Of a stretch of 45,108 nucleotides of DNA, positions 26,093-34,898 are shown one piece after another. A model generated the notes under the pieces. The model did no database searches, was not told the DNA's origin, and saw nothing but the letters and a program-made list of their open reading frames with translations. Numbering within the stretch: position 1 is the stretch's first letter; each line of letters opens with the position of its first letter. The stretch comes from Candidatus Hodarchaeota archaeon. GTDB taxonomy: Archaea > Asgardarchaeota > Lokiarchaeia > Sigyniarchaeales > SOKP01. The position numbers and the translations under genes were made by a program. Location of the stretch: positions 1 through 45,108 of the forward strand of contig JBHLKV010000003.1 of NCBI GenBank assembly GCA_048886305.1. The letters are read 5' to 3'.

Positions 26093-27043
26093 TTGTTTTT
26101 TTTGGAATTGAAGATTTTGTTATGTGGTCTTGAAGATGCTGGAAAAACCTCAATTTTATTAGTTTTAGATAAAAAATTTAGTTTATTAACATCAGTTGCA
26201 CCTACTATCAAAGCTAAAAGAACATCACACACTAACAAGCTTTTAGGCATCTCTACCACACGTTGGGACTTAGGTGGGCAAAAAGCTTACAGAAAAATAT
26301 ACTTAGACAATAAAAGTAAATATTTTACTGAAATGCAATCAATTTTTTACATAATTGATATTCAAAATAAAGATAAATTTGATGAGGCACTAATTTATCT
26401 TAAAGATATTACAAATATTATTACAGATAATCATCCAGATAACTTTCAATTATTAATTCTATTTCATAAATATGACCCTGACATTAAAAACAAAGAAGAA
26501 ATGAAAGATAATATCCACTTTTTAGAAAATAAAATTAATTCAATAATTAAAAAACTAAAGTACTCTTTTTATAGGACTTCTATTTATGATGATTCTAGCT
26601 TAATAAAAGCATTTTCAGATGGTGTATTCTCAGCTACAGAGAAATCAAAATTATTACAATCATTATTAAGAGATTATATGAGTAAAACATACACCAGTTC
26701 TACTCTTCTCTTAGATCAAAATTGTTTCATAATTGCTAGTAGAGCTACCAACGAAGCTTATCAAGAAATTTGTGAAGCAATTGCTCCCAGATTAACAAAT
26801 GCATTAGAAAAATTAGAAGAATGGGATATTGATACGAACGATATAATAACAAATATCGAATTTCCTCAAAATAGTGTAGAGCAATCTAGAGAAGGTATCA
26901 TTTTTTTAAGAAAATTAGAGATAAATAATGATAGATTATATCTTATTGCTCTTTGTTTAAATAAAAGGATTCAAAACAAATCCTATGAGTATCTCCCAAT
27001 ATTAGCTTCAAATCTAAAGAATTTATTAGAAAGTTTTGAATAA
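26093..27043 (+). CDS. Rag/Gtr1-family small GTPase with a C-terminal roadblock domain
   Basis: G1 GLEDAGKTS, G3 WDLGGQ, and G4 as HKYD (Rag-type HKxD rather than NKxD). The family-specific YRTSIYDDSSLIKAFS matches remembered RagA FRTSIWDETLYKAWS. It is followed by about 130 aa with a roadblock-like pattern (TLLLDQNCFIIAS...GIIFLRKLEINNDRLYLIALC). The TTG start at 26093 could instead be one of the in-frame TTGs a few codons downstream (26102 or 26108). Confidence 0.75.
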   Translation: MFFLELKILLCGLEDAGKTSILLVLDKKFSLLTSVAPTIKAKRTSHTNKLLGISTTRWDLGGQKAYRKIYLDNKSKYFTEMQSIFYIIDIQNKDKFDEALIYLKDITNIITDNHPDNFQLLILFHKYDPDIKNKEEMKDNIHFLENKINSIIKKLKYSFYRTSIYDDSSLIKAFSDGVFSATEKSKLLQSLLRDYMSKTYTSSTLLLDQNCFIIASRATNEAYQEICEAIAPRLTNALEKLEEWDIDTNDIITNIEFPQNSVEQSREGIIFLRKLEINNDRLYLIALCLNKRIQNKSYEYLPILASNLKNLLESFE

Positions 27044-27110
27044 GACCAACTTGTTTGATAACAACTTTCTTATTTTCTCTCATTATTTTTTTTAATTTTA
27101 CTTTTAATCA

Positions 27111-27127
27111 CCACCCTCTGTGGGTGG
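27111..27127. promoter_or_regulatory. GC-rich hairpin/palindrome CCACCC-tctgt-GGGTGG immediately upstream of the TATA-like box of the orc1/cdc6-like gene
   Basis: Read directly. The 6-bp all-strong stem stands out in an AT-rich spacer. TTTAAATATATAA follows at 27130..27142, and the ATG is at 27181. Confidence 0.35.
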
Positions 27128-27180
27128 GGTTTAAATATATAATCCTAAATATATAGTTAAAATTCAATTAAATAGCAAAT

Positions 27181-28371
27181 ATGATTGTTGAATCAAATAA
27201 TCTTAATGGATATGTCGGACCAAAAGCGATATTTGATCCAAATTATATACCCCCTCAATTATTATATAGAGAAAAAGAAGAAAAATCATTATACTCTATT
27301 TTAAATGATTCAATTGCAGATAAATTTTATCTTAATATATTGTATCAAGGAATTCAAGGAATCGGCAAAAAAGTTATCGTTAATAAAGTTTTGAATGATC
27401 TATTAATTAAAAATAGGGAATTAACAAATATTAATAAAATTTGCATTGATTGTAAAGAAAAGACTCTTGAAGATTTAATTTTTTCAATTTTAACAGAATT
27501 AAATCATTTTTCAAATATTAACTTTAATTTTAATTCAATTTTAACATCGAAGATTTCTCATTTATGGAATATGATTAAATTAGCATGTAAAAAAATAAAT
27601 TGCAATCTTTTCTTTTTATTTTATAATATTGAATGTTTACAGCCAGAAATCTATAAGAAATTTCTGCATTTTGGAAAAGAAACAAATATAACATTGATTT
27701 CTACTGTAAATAAAATTTTAAAACCTTCTACTCTCGATTTATTAAGTGAATTTGATCTAAAAAAAAGATTAGAATTTTTTAGCTATAATGAGTTATACTC
27801 CATTCTTAAACAACGAGTGTCCCTTACATTTACTCATGAAATAGATAAAGAATTAATTAGATATATAACAGATCTAATTTGTGAACATTATGTACCTGTT
27901 CCAGGAAAAGGTATTGAAATACTAAGAGATATATATCCGTTATTAATGGATAAGAAAAATTTCAAACATTATGAATTGATTGATATATGCCAACATGAAT
28001 TCGATTCAATTCAGATTGCTGATGAATTTAGTATTCTTAATTATGTTTCTGAAGAAGATCTTTTAACAATAATATTTTTTGACAATTTATCAAACTATTT
28101 CTTGAAAAAATTGAAATATTATATTTCTTTAAATGAATTAAAGGAATTATATGATATTTCTTGTGAATCTTTAGAATACAAAAAAAGTAGTAACGAATTC
28201 AACAAATTAATTAAAAGATTACTAAGTTTTGGGATTTTAAGTGGTTCAAAGAGAAATCAGATCAAAATGAAACCTTATTTATTAAATAATGCTTCGAATT
28301 ACGATTACTTCTTCATGGCATTAAACCCAAAACACCTAAAAGCTATAGTAGATGCAATATTTAATAAATAA
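27181..28371 (+). CDS. Orc1/Cdc6-like AAA+ protein with degenerate Walker motifs and a C-terminal winged helix
   Basis: The N-terminal YIPPQLLYREKEEKSLYSIL matches the Orc1/Cdc6 opening (P..L..RE.E). Walker A is GIQGIGKK, lacking the S/T after the Lys. The expected hhhhDE Walker B position reads FFLFYNIECL. The C-terminus NEFNKLIKRLLSFGILSGSKRNQ is wH-like. Confidence 0.5.
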   Translation: MIVESNNLNGYVGPKAIFDPNYIPPQLLYREKEEKSLYSILNDSIADKFYLNILYQGIQGIGKKVIVNKVLNDLLIKNRELTNINKICIDCKEKTLEDLIFSILTELNHFSNINFNFNSILTSKISHLWNMIKLACKKINCNLFFLFYNIECLQPEIYKKFLHFGKETNITLISTVNKILKPSTLDLLSEFDLKKRLEFFSYNELYSILKQRVSLTFTHEIDKELIRYITDLICEHYVPVPGKGIEILRDIYPLLMDKKNFKHYELIDICQHEFDSIQIADEFSILNYVSEEDLLTIIFFDNLSNYFLKKLKYYISLNELKELYDISCESLEYKKSSNEFNKLIKRLLSFGILSGSKRNQIKMKPYLLNNASNYDYFFMALNPKHLKAIVDAIFNK

Positions 28372-28559
28372 AATTAATCTATTATTCTTAAAAAAATAGT
28401 ACCTTTAAATAATTAACATTTCCATTCAAATCTTTAACACCTAACTAGTGAAATGATTTGAAAGTATCAATCAGATTTTTTTTTTATAATGTCTAATACA
28501 TATATAAAGATGGAATTACTCTATCTTTTTAATAATAAACGAACAAATGGAGATCTCAT

Positions 28560-31500
28560 TTGACATATATTAAAAAAATCTCTATGACTGGTTTCAAATC
28601 ATTTGGCGAGCGGACAGTAACAATCAAATTTTCGAGTGGTTTCACATGTATTGTTGGACCAAATGGTGCAGGGAAATCTAATATTATAGATGCATTATGT
28701 TTTGCTTTAGGTAGATTAAGTAAGAAAACGATGAGAGCAAAAAGTTTGGAAGACCTTATTTTTGCTGGTGCTAAAGGAAAAAATCCTTCTACTAGAGCTT
28801 CTGTAACAATGTATTTTGATAATTCAGAAAATGTATTTCCTGGTGGTACTGATACATTCGAAATAACAAGGACTATTAAAAAGGGTGGTGGCGGGGGATA
28901 TAAAATGAATGGTCAAAAATCTACTCGTCAACAGATTCTCAATGCTTTAGCAGCAGCTAATGTAGATCCAGATGGTAGTAATCAATTCGTTCTTCAAGGT
29001 AAAATTGTTGAATTAACTCATATGAATGCTGAAGAAAGAAGATTATTCATTGAAGAATTAATTGGACTTCAGAAATACGATGAAATGAAAGATGCCACAT
29101 TAAAAGAGTTAGAAAAAGCAGAAAGAGATTTAGGACAATTTGAAGCAATTTTTAAAGAAGTTTCTGCCCAGCTTAAAAAAGTTGAAAAAGAAAAAAATGA
29201 TGCGTTAGCTTGGAAAGAATTAGATGAGCAAATTAATCTCTTAAATTCAAAATTAATTGCATTAAAAATTTCAAAATTACGAGAGGAAGAAGATGAATTA
29301 GAAAAAAAGATGGAAGAATCTTCAAAAATTATTGAAGAACTGCAAGAAAAGATCTCTCGACAAGAAGATATACTGAAACAAGAATCATTAGTTATGGAGA
29401 ATATTCAGAAAACAATTACGGATAGAGAAAAGGAAAGAGAAGAAATAAACGAAAACATAACAAATTTAAAGACACAATTATCTTCAAGTCAAACTACTTC
29501 TGATTTAGCTAGAAAATCAATAGATAAACTAACACAAGAAATAAAAAATTTAGAGAATTTACTAATGGCACTCGAGGAAGGACAAACTTATGATTCTTTA
29601 ATACAAGATGTATCTAGTCAAATTTCTGACTGTGAAAATCAACTCGAAACAGCTAAAAAAGAAATTGAAAGAAGACAACAAAACCAATCTGAGTTTGATA
29701 TAAAAATTAAAAATAATGAAGATGAAAAATCACAATTTAAAGCGGAAATATCAAAAGTACAACAAAATATCTCATCAAATAATACCCAGATAAAACTTCT
29801 TAGAGAAAGTATAAAAAAGAATGAAGAAAAGAAAATTAAATTAGAAACTGAATTGAATAAATTGAAACGAGAAGCTGATAGTATAGATGAAGCTATTGAT
29901 GAGGCAAAAAAAACTGAAAAACAAATTAGAAAGACGATTGAAGATTTAAAATCTAAAAACAATGAAGAAAATCAAAAACAAAAAGATTTAGAAGCTAACA
30001 TTAATACTCTTCAAGAAGAAAAAAATCAACTAAATGCAAAATCAGTTCTTCTACAATCTACATTATCATCTTTGAATACTGAAATTAGTATGAATAGAAA
30101 TACAATCCAAGATTTAAATGATAAAAAAGTATCTTTTGAGAATAAAATTAGAGAATTAAGTAAAGGTAAAGACACAGAAGAAGTCGTAAAAGGTTTATTG
30201 AAAGAAAATGATAATATTAATAAACAATTGAGTGAATTAAAAACAGCTTTGAAAAAAGAAAACTCCGCATTCAGGAGCAATGAACAAAATCTAGAATTAT
30301 TAAAGATGAAACGATATTCATTTGATTCAGAAATTCATGATAATAATGCGAAAATAGACAATATTAATACAGAATCAAAAATATTTAAAAAAGAATTAAC
30401 TAAATTGGAACGTGAGAAGGGAAATTCAGAAGTGCAAATCAATTCTCTAAAAAGCAATCTATCAAAAATAGAAAAGGATAATGAAAATTTTACTTCTAAA
30501 AGTCAGAACATTCAAAGACGCTTAGAGGAACTTACAAAAGAAAGAGATAATTTGTTAGAAAAAATTGAATCTTCTGAAGAAGAATATGAGAAAAATACCC
30601 GAGACATAACTGGAATTCTTCAAATTTTAAATATGCTTACTCAAAATATTAACATTTCTGTTGAATCTATTAAAAGTAACATCCAATTATCAAATGCAGA
30701 AGCAATAGAATCCTCTGCTGAAGATTTCAAAAAGTTTATTCTCGATATTGTAGATATCATGAAAAGTGTTGAGGGGATTGGTACGGATACTGATCAATCC
30801 ACTGAAATGTCAGACATGTTAAATTCTATCCTCCGAACTTTAAAATTATTTACTGACAATGCAGATTCAACAATTGATCAATTAATTAGTAGAGTCAAAG
30901 AATCTGCTGACGTAGAAGTACAAGAATCAACCTCAACATTTGATAGTTTTGTACAGGATTTAATGGAAATTCTTGAAAATGTTTATATTTCATTAAGAAA
31001 ATTAACATTATCAAAAAGTCAAGATTTATATAAGCAACTAGAAGATATCTCTGAAAATATTAAATCACAAGGTGGTGATCTTAATAGTGCGGAGAAAAAA
31101 TTGTCAGAATTAAATCTTCAAGAAGCGCATAATTCAGAAACCTTATCAACATTAACTAGAAGACTTGAAGAAATTAACAGTAGAAATAAGGAATTAAATG
31201 AAAGAATTAAAAATTCTGACATAGAAATTGAAGAAAGAAAGAAACAAGTCGATGAGAAGCAAAAAGAAACAGAAAAATTAGATATTGAGATAAATAAACT
31301 TAAAGAACTAAAAGATACTTACTGGGAAAATATTTCAAAGATTCAAGATGATATTGATAAAAAACAAAAAGATTTAGAAGATTTAAGAGAAAATCTTCAA
31401 GAATTGCACGGAATTCAAAGTCTTTTTGAAAATATTACAGAAATTGACAATGACATTGGAAAGTTAAATAACATTATAGAGGAAAAGAAAAATTTAATTA

Positions 31501-33014
31501 TCAACACAGAAGAAAACATAAATCAAATTCACGCAGAACAAGCTACCTTACAAAATAAAATTGAAGCTTTGATTTTAGAAAAAGAAAAATTCTGGGAAAA
31601 AACAGAAAATTTAAGAATACAAATTGACAAGGAAAATGAGTCACTAGAAGATACAATGGATCGCCTAAGAGCACTTGAAAATGTGATGAGAATTATTAAT
31701 TCGATTGAGGATATTAAGAAAGAAAATATAGATGCTAATGGTAAAATTGAACTTTGTCATACTAATATTGAAAAATTCAATTCTCAAGTAGACGAAATTC
31801 AAAAAAATGTTGATAAAAAACAACAGACTATAGATTCCTTGAGAAATGAAAAGACTAAAGAAGTAGAATTACAGAAAGCAGCTCAAAAAGAATTAAATAA
31901 ATTAAATAAGGATTTACAAAAATATCAGCGTCAAATTAACGAGCTAAACAAAAATAAGGAAAGAGAACAAAAAATTACAGAATTAAATCAAGAGATTAAA
32001 GATACTGAAAAACAAATAGAATCAATTTTGGAAGAGTTAGAGCAATTTAAGGAACAGCTTAATAATGAAAATGAAAAAAAGGATGAAAAACAAAAAGAAA
32101 TTGATGAATTCAATCTGAAAAAAGACGAATCATGGAAAAAGCAAAAGCAATATCAAAAAATCTTAAATGATTTAAAATCAGATCTTTCGATGGAAAATGC
32201 GAAAATAAATAATTATGAATCTAAAAAAATTATTTGTACTGATCAAATAGAGACTCTATTCCAGAGATCAAAAGAATATGGTTCACTCCCTACTGTTACC
32301 GAGGATTTAACAGAAGCAGAATTACAATCAGATATTGGGGATGTAACAACGAAGAAAAAAGCTCTTGAACCAGTCAACTTAAAAGCTATTGAACAATATG
32401 ATGCTGTAAAAGAGAGATTCGATGAGATTGATATGCGAAGACAAACTATTCAACGTGAACGCAAGTCGATCTTAGACGCAATAGATAAAATAGAACTTGA
32501 GAAGACAAGAACTTTCATGAAAGCCTACCATGAAATAAACAGAGAGTTCAGTAGAATTTTTCAGAAGCTTAGTCCTGGCGGTTCGGCTAAAATGATCCTA
32601 GATCGTCCTGATAAACCCTTTGAAGGAGGAATCAGTATCGAAGCACGACCTCGTGGAAAGAAAATATCAAGTCTAGAAATTCTTAGTGGGGGTGAAAAAA
32701 CACTTGTGGCGCTCTCATTTATTTTTGCTGTTCAAGAATTTTATCCTGCGCCCTTTTACATTATGGATGAGATTGATGCAGCCCTCGATGGTCCTAATGT
32801 GCACAGAGTTAGTATGGTAATCAAAGAATTTGCATCTCAAGCTCAATTTATGGTAATAAGTCATCGTGAGGAAAACATTGTTAATGCCGATAGAATCTAT
32901 GGAGTTTCAATGCAACAAAGCGGGATCACAGATATCTTTAGTGTTGATTTGGAAGAAGAAGCTAAAAGACTTTTAGAACTTGAAGATATTGAACCTACCA
33001 TTACAGAAAATTAA
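28560..33014 (+). CDS. smc: SMC-family chromosome segregation ATPase, unusually long (1484 aa), with no recognisable hinge
   Basis: Head motifs: FKSFG, Walker A GPNGAGKSN, QGKIVELTHMNAEERRLFIEELIG, signature LSGGEKTL, Walker B FYIMDEIDAALD, D-loop/H-loop ...VISHRE. The TTG start at 28560 has GGAGAT 6 nt upstream, and the N-terminus YIKKISMTGFKSFG requires this start. It lies directly upstream of scpA and scpB. Confidence 0.85.
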   Translation: MTYIKKISMTGFKSFGERTVTIKFSSGFTCIVGPNGAGKSNIIDALCFALGRLSKKTMRAKSLEDLIFAGAKGKNPSTRASVTMYFDNSENVFPGGTDTFEITRTIKKGGGGGYKMNGQKSTRQQILNALAAANVDPDGSNQFVLQGKIVELTHMNAEERRLFIEELIGLQKYDEMKDATLKELEKAERDLGQFEAIFKEVSAQLKKVEKEKNDALAWKELDEQINLLNSKLIALKISKLREEEDELEKKMEESSKIIEELQEKISRQEDILKQESLVMENIQKTITDREKEREEINENITNLKTQLSSSQTTSDLARKSIDKLTQEIKNLENLLMALEEGQTYDSLIQDVSSQISDCENQLETAKKEIERRQQNQSEFDIKIKNNEDEKSQFKAEISKVQQNISSNNTQIKLLRESIKKNEEKKIKLETELNKLKREADSIDEAIDEAKKTEKQIRKTIEDLKSKNNEENQKQKDLEANINTLQEEKNQLNAKSVLLQSTLSSLNTEISMNRNTIQDLNDKKVSFENKIRELSKGKDTEEVVKGLLKENDNINKQLSELKTALKKENSAFRSNEQNLELLKMKRYSFDSEIHDNNAKIDNINTESKIFKKELTKLEREKGNSEVQINSLKSNLSKIEKDNENFTSKSQNIQRRLEELTKERDNLLEKIESSEEEYEKNTRDITGILQILNMLTQNINISVESIKSNIQLSNAEAIESSAEDFKKFILDIVDIMKSVEGIGTDTDQSTEMSDMLNSILRTLKLFTDNADSTIDQLISRVKESADVEVQESTSTFDSFVQDLMEILENVYISLRKLTLSKSQDLYKQLEDISENIKSQGGDLNSAEKKLSELNLQEAHNSETLSTLTRRLEEINSRNKELNERIKNSDIEIEERKKQVDEKQKETEKLDIEINKLKELKDTYWENISKIQDDIDKKQKDLEDLRENLQELHGIQSLFENITEIDNDIGKLNNIIEEKKNLIINTEENINQIHAEQATLQNKIEALILEKEKFWEKTENLRIQIDKENESLEDTMDRLRALENVMRIINSIEDIKKENIDANGKIELCHTNIEKFNSQVDEIQKNVDKKQQTIDSLRNEKTKEVELQKAAQKELNKLNKDLQKYQRQINELNKNKEREQKITELNQEIKDTEKQIESILEELEQFKEQLNNENEKKDEKQKEIDEFNLKKDESWKKQKQYQKILNDLKSDLSMENAKINNYESKKIICTDQIETLFQRSKEYGSLPTVTEDLTEAELQSDIGDVTTKKKALEPVNLKAIEQYDAVKERFDEIDMRRQTIQRERKSILDAIDKIELEKTRTFMKAYHEINREFSRIFQKLSPGGSAKMILDRPDKPFEGGISIEARPRGKKISSLEILSGGEKTLVALSFIFAVQEFYPAPFYIMDEIDAALDGPNVHRVSMVIKEFASQAQFMVISHREENIVNADRIYGVSMQQSGITDIFSVDLEEEAKRLLELEDIEPTITEN

Positions 33015-33028
33015 ACAGGTGAAAAAAT

Positions 33029-34027
33029 ATATCAGAAAAACAAGATTTAGGGAATAAATTTAATTTTACTCAATGGACAGTAAAGGAATTAAGAGAATTC
33101 GCTAGTAAAAATAACATTAAAATATCATCAAAATCTAAAAAGAAAGATATTATCGAATTATTTGAAAAAGTTGTATCTCATCCTGAATTTGTAGATAGGT
33201 CTCAGGAACCAGAAGAACTTGAGGAAGAACTAGTTGCTGGATTTGATGAGGAAGAAGATCTTGCCTTATTAAGAAAAGAAAAGATGGAATTGAAATTTTG
33301 GCAAAAGCCACCCTTTTCAAGTTTATTAGATCCTGAGTTGGCAAAAGAATCGGAAATTGCATTTTATGATTTGGCTAGTTTAGTTGATAAATTTTTTGAC
33401 AATATGCTTCACGAGGAATTAATTAATTATAAAATCTCTGGTATTGCTCTTAAAACATCAGCAAGTTTGCATCATTATAAAATTTCAAGCATTATCAGGG
33501 AAGAAGAACAAATACAGAAAATGGAAGAGTTAAAAAAATTTAGAGAAAAACATGCTCGATCCATCCCAAAATCATTACCCCAACCTATACAGCCCAAAAT
33601 GCAAATAGCTACAAAAGAGGAATTATTCGATGCAATGAGATCAGCAATCATAGAGGTAATGCAAAACAAGGAGAAAATAAGAAGGAGACAAATGAGAAAG
33701 GAAGAATTAAAGCAACAAAGAATACAAATGAAATCAAAAGTGCAATTACCAAAAGAACTCTTAAAACACATTAGTGGAAAAGACCAAACGATAGAAGAAT
33801 TACATGAATCATGGCTCAATCGTATAAAAGCTACAGTTGATTTTAATAACAAACCAACTAGTTTTTATAACTTAACTGATATTATTAAAACTGAAGAAAA
33901 GAGTGATATTGGCAGGAAATTTTCCTTAGTAAGGATGTTTTTAGCGTTAATGTTTTTATCTACTGGAAATAAATTAACTCTGTCTCAAGACGAAGATTTT
34001 AAAGATATTTCCGTAATCACTAGATAG
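33029..34027 (+). CDS. scpA: segregation and condensation protein A (kleisin) with an N-terminal HeH/SAP-like extension, probably initiated at ATA
   Basis: It sits between smc and scpB, with a kleisin-like N-terminal region FSSLLDPELAKESEIAFYDLASLVDKF. The frame is open from 33023 with no ATG, GTG or TTG before 33284, yet it encodes TVKELREFASKNNIKISSKSKKKDIIELFEKV plus an acidic linker. AGGTGA (33017..33022) lies 6 nt upstream of the in-frame ATA at 33029. The minimal alternative is ATG 33284. Confidence 0.6.
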   Translation: MSEKQDLGNKFNFTQWTVKELREFASKNNIKISSKSKKKDIIELFEKVVSHPEFVDRSQEPEELEEELVAGFDEEEDLALLRKEKMELKFWQKPPFSSLLDPELAKESEIAFYDLASLVDKFFDNMLHEELINYKISGIALKTSASLHHYKISSIIREEEQIQKMEELKKFREKHARSIPKSLPQPIQPKMQIATKEELFDAMRSAIIEVMQNKEKIRRRQMRKEELKQQRIQMKSKVQLPKELLKHISGKDQTIEELHESWLNRIKATVDFNNKPTSFYNLTDIIKTEEKSDIGRKFSLVRMFLALMFLSTGNKLTLSQDEDFKDISVITR

Positions 34028-34054
34028 TTAAATTAAAAATTAAAAAAATGTAAT

Positions 34055-34876
34055 ATGAACAATTCTAATGAGAATTTAGATGATAATTTAAGTAGAGAGC
34101 CTGACGAAGTTATTGAAGAAATTTCTGAAGACCTTGATGAAGAATTAGATGATTCTTCTAAAATTGAAAAGAGTAATGGAGAATCTGAGGTCTTTTCTGA
34201 AGATGAAATAATTGAAGAACTAGAGGAAATCGAAACCGAACCACCGATGATAGAAAAAATAGATTCAAGTATTGAAGATGAATCTGTTGTAGTTGAAGAA
34301 CTAGATGAAGAATCATTAAAAAGGCAAGTAAGAGAATTTCATCGAAATCTAATTGAAGCTTCCCTATATGCCGCTGGTCGACCTTTGACAATTGAAGAAT
34401 TATCAACAAAATTAGAATTACCCAAAAAAGAAGTGGAAGAATTAACCAATGAAGTAGCATATGATTATTTAGATCGCTCCACTGCATTAATAATAGCACA
34501 AATTGGGGATAGGTATCAAATGCAGATAAGACCTGAATATACTGAAAAAGTTTCAAAGTTTGCTAAAGGTGGTGCTATTGCAGAACGTTATTTAAGAACT
34601 TTAACCGTAATTGCCTTAAAGCAACCAATATTGAAATCAACAGTAATTAAATTAAGAGGAACTGGAGCTTATGAACATGTAAAATATCTTTTAGATAACG
34701 GGTTCATAAATGCGGTAAAAAAAGGCAGATCTCAAGAATTAACTACTACTGATAAATATGCTGATATGTTTGGCTTACCAAAAAACATAAGTCAATTGAA
34801 AAAGGTTATGGTTACCCAGTTAGGTGTTGAGGAAGAAGGAAAAAGTGAACAACTAAGTGAAGAAAAAGAAGAATAA
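34055..34876 (+). CDS. scpB: segregation and condensation protein B with an acidic N-terminal extension
   Basis: LIEASLYAAGRPLTIEELS ... two wH units (ERYLRTLTVIALKQPILKSTVIKLRG...LLDNGFI). It is preceded by about 90 aa of D/E-rich low complexity. Confidence 0.8.
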   Translation: MNNSNENLDDNLSREPDEVIEEISEDLDEELDDSSKIEKSNGESEVFSEDEIIEELEEIETEPPMIEKIDSSIEDESVVVEELDEESLKRQVREFHRNLIEASLYAAGRPLTIEELSTKLELPKKEVEELTNEVAYDYLDRSTALIIAQIGDRYQMQIRPEYTEKVSKFAKGGAIAERYLRTLTVIALKQPILKSTVIKLRGTGAYEHVKYLLDNGFINAVKKGRSQELTTTDKYADMFGLPKNISQLKKVMVTQLGVEEEGKSEQLSEEKEE

Positions 34877-34898
34877 ATTTAACCTAAGATGGAAACCT

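Noticed and set aside
28876-28892. G-run (GGGTGGTGGCGGGGGA) considered as a G-quadruplex or regulatory element
   Set aside because: It lies in frame inside the SMC head and simply encodes the Gly-rich loop KKGGGGGY found at this position in SMC proteins.
29639-34556. Minus-strand ORFs antisense to smc, scpA and scpB (29639..29962, 30026..30280, 33150..33362, 33475..33852, 34158..34556)
   Set aside because: They are mirror frames of K/E/D-rich coiled-coil or acidic coding sequence, rich in F/S/L/I, with no independent support. The one at 33150..33362 overlaps the region I interpret as the scpA N-terminal extension.
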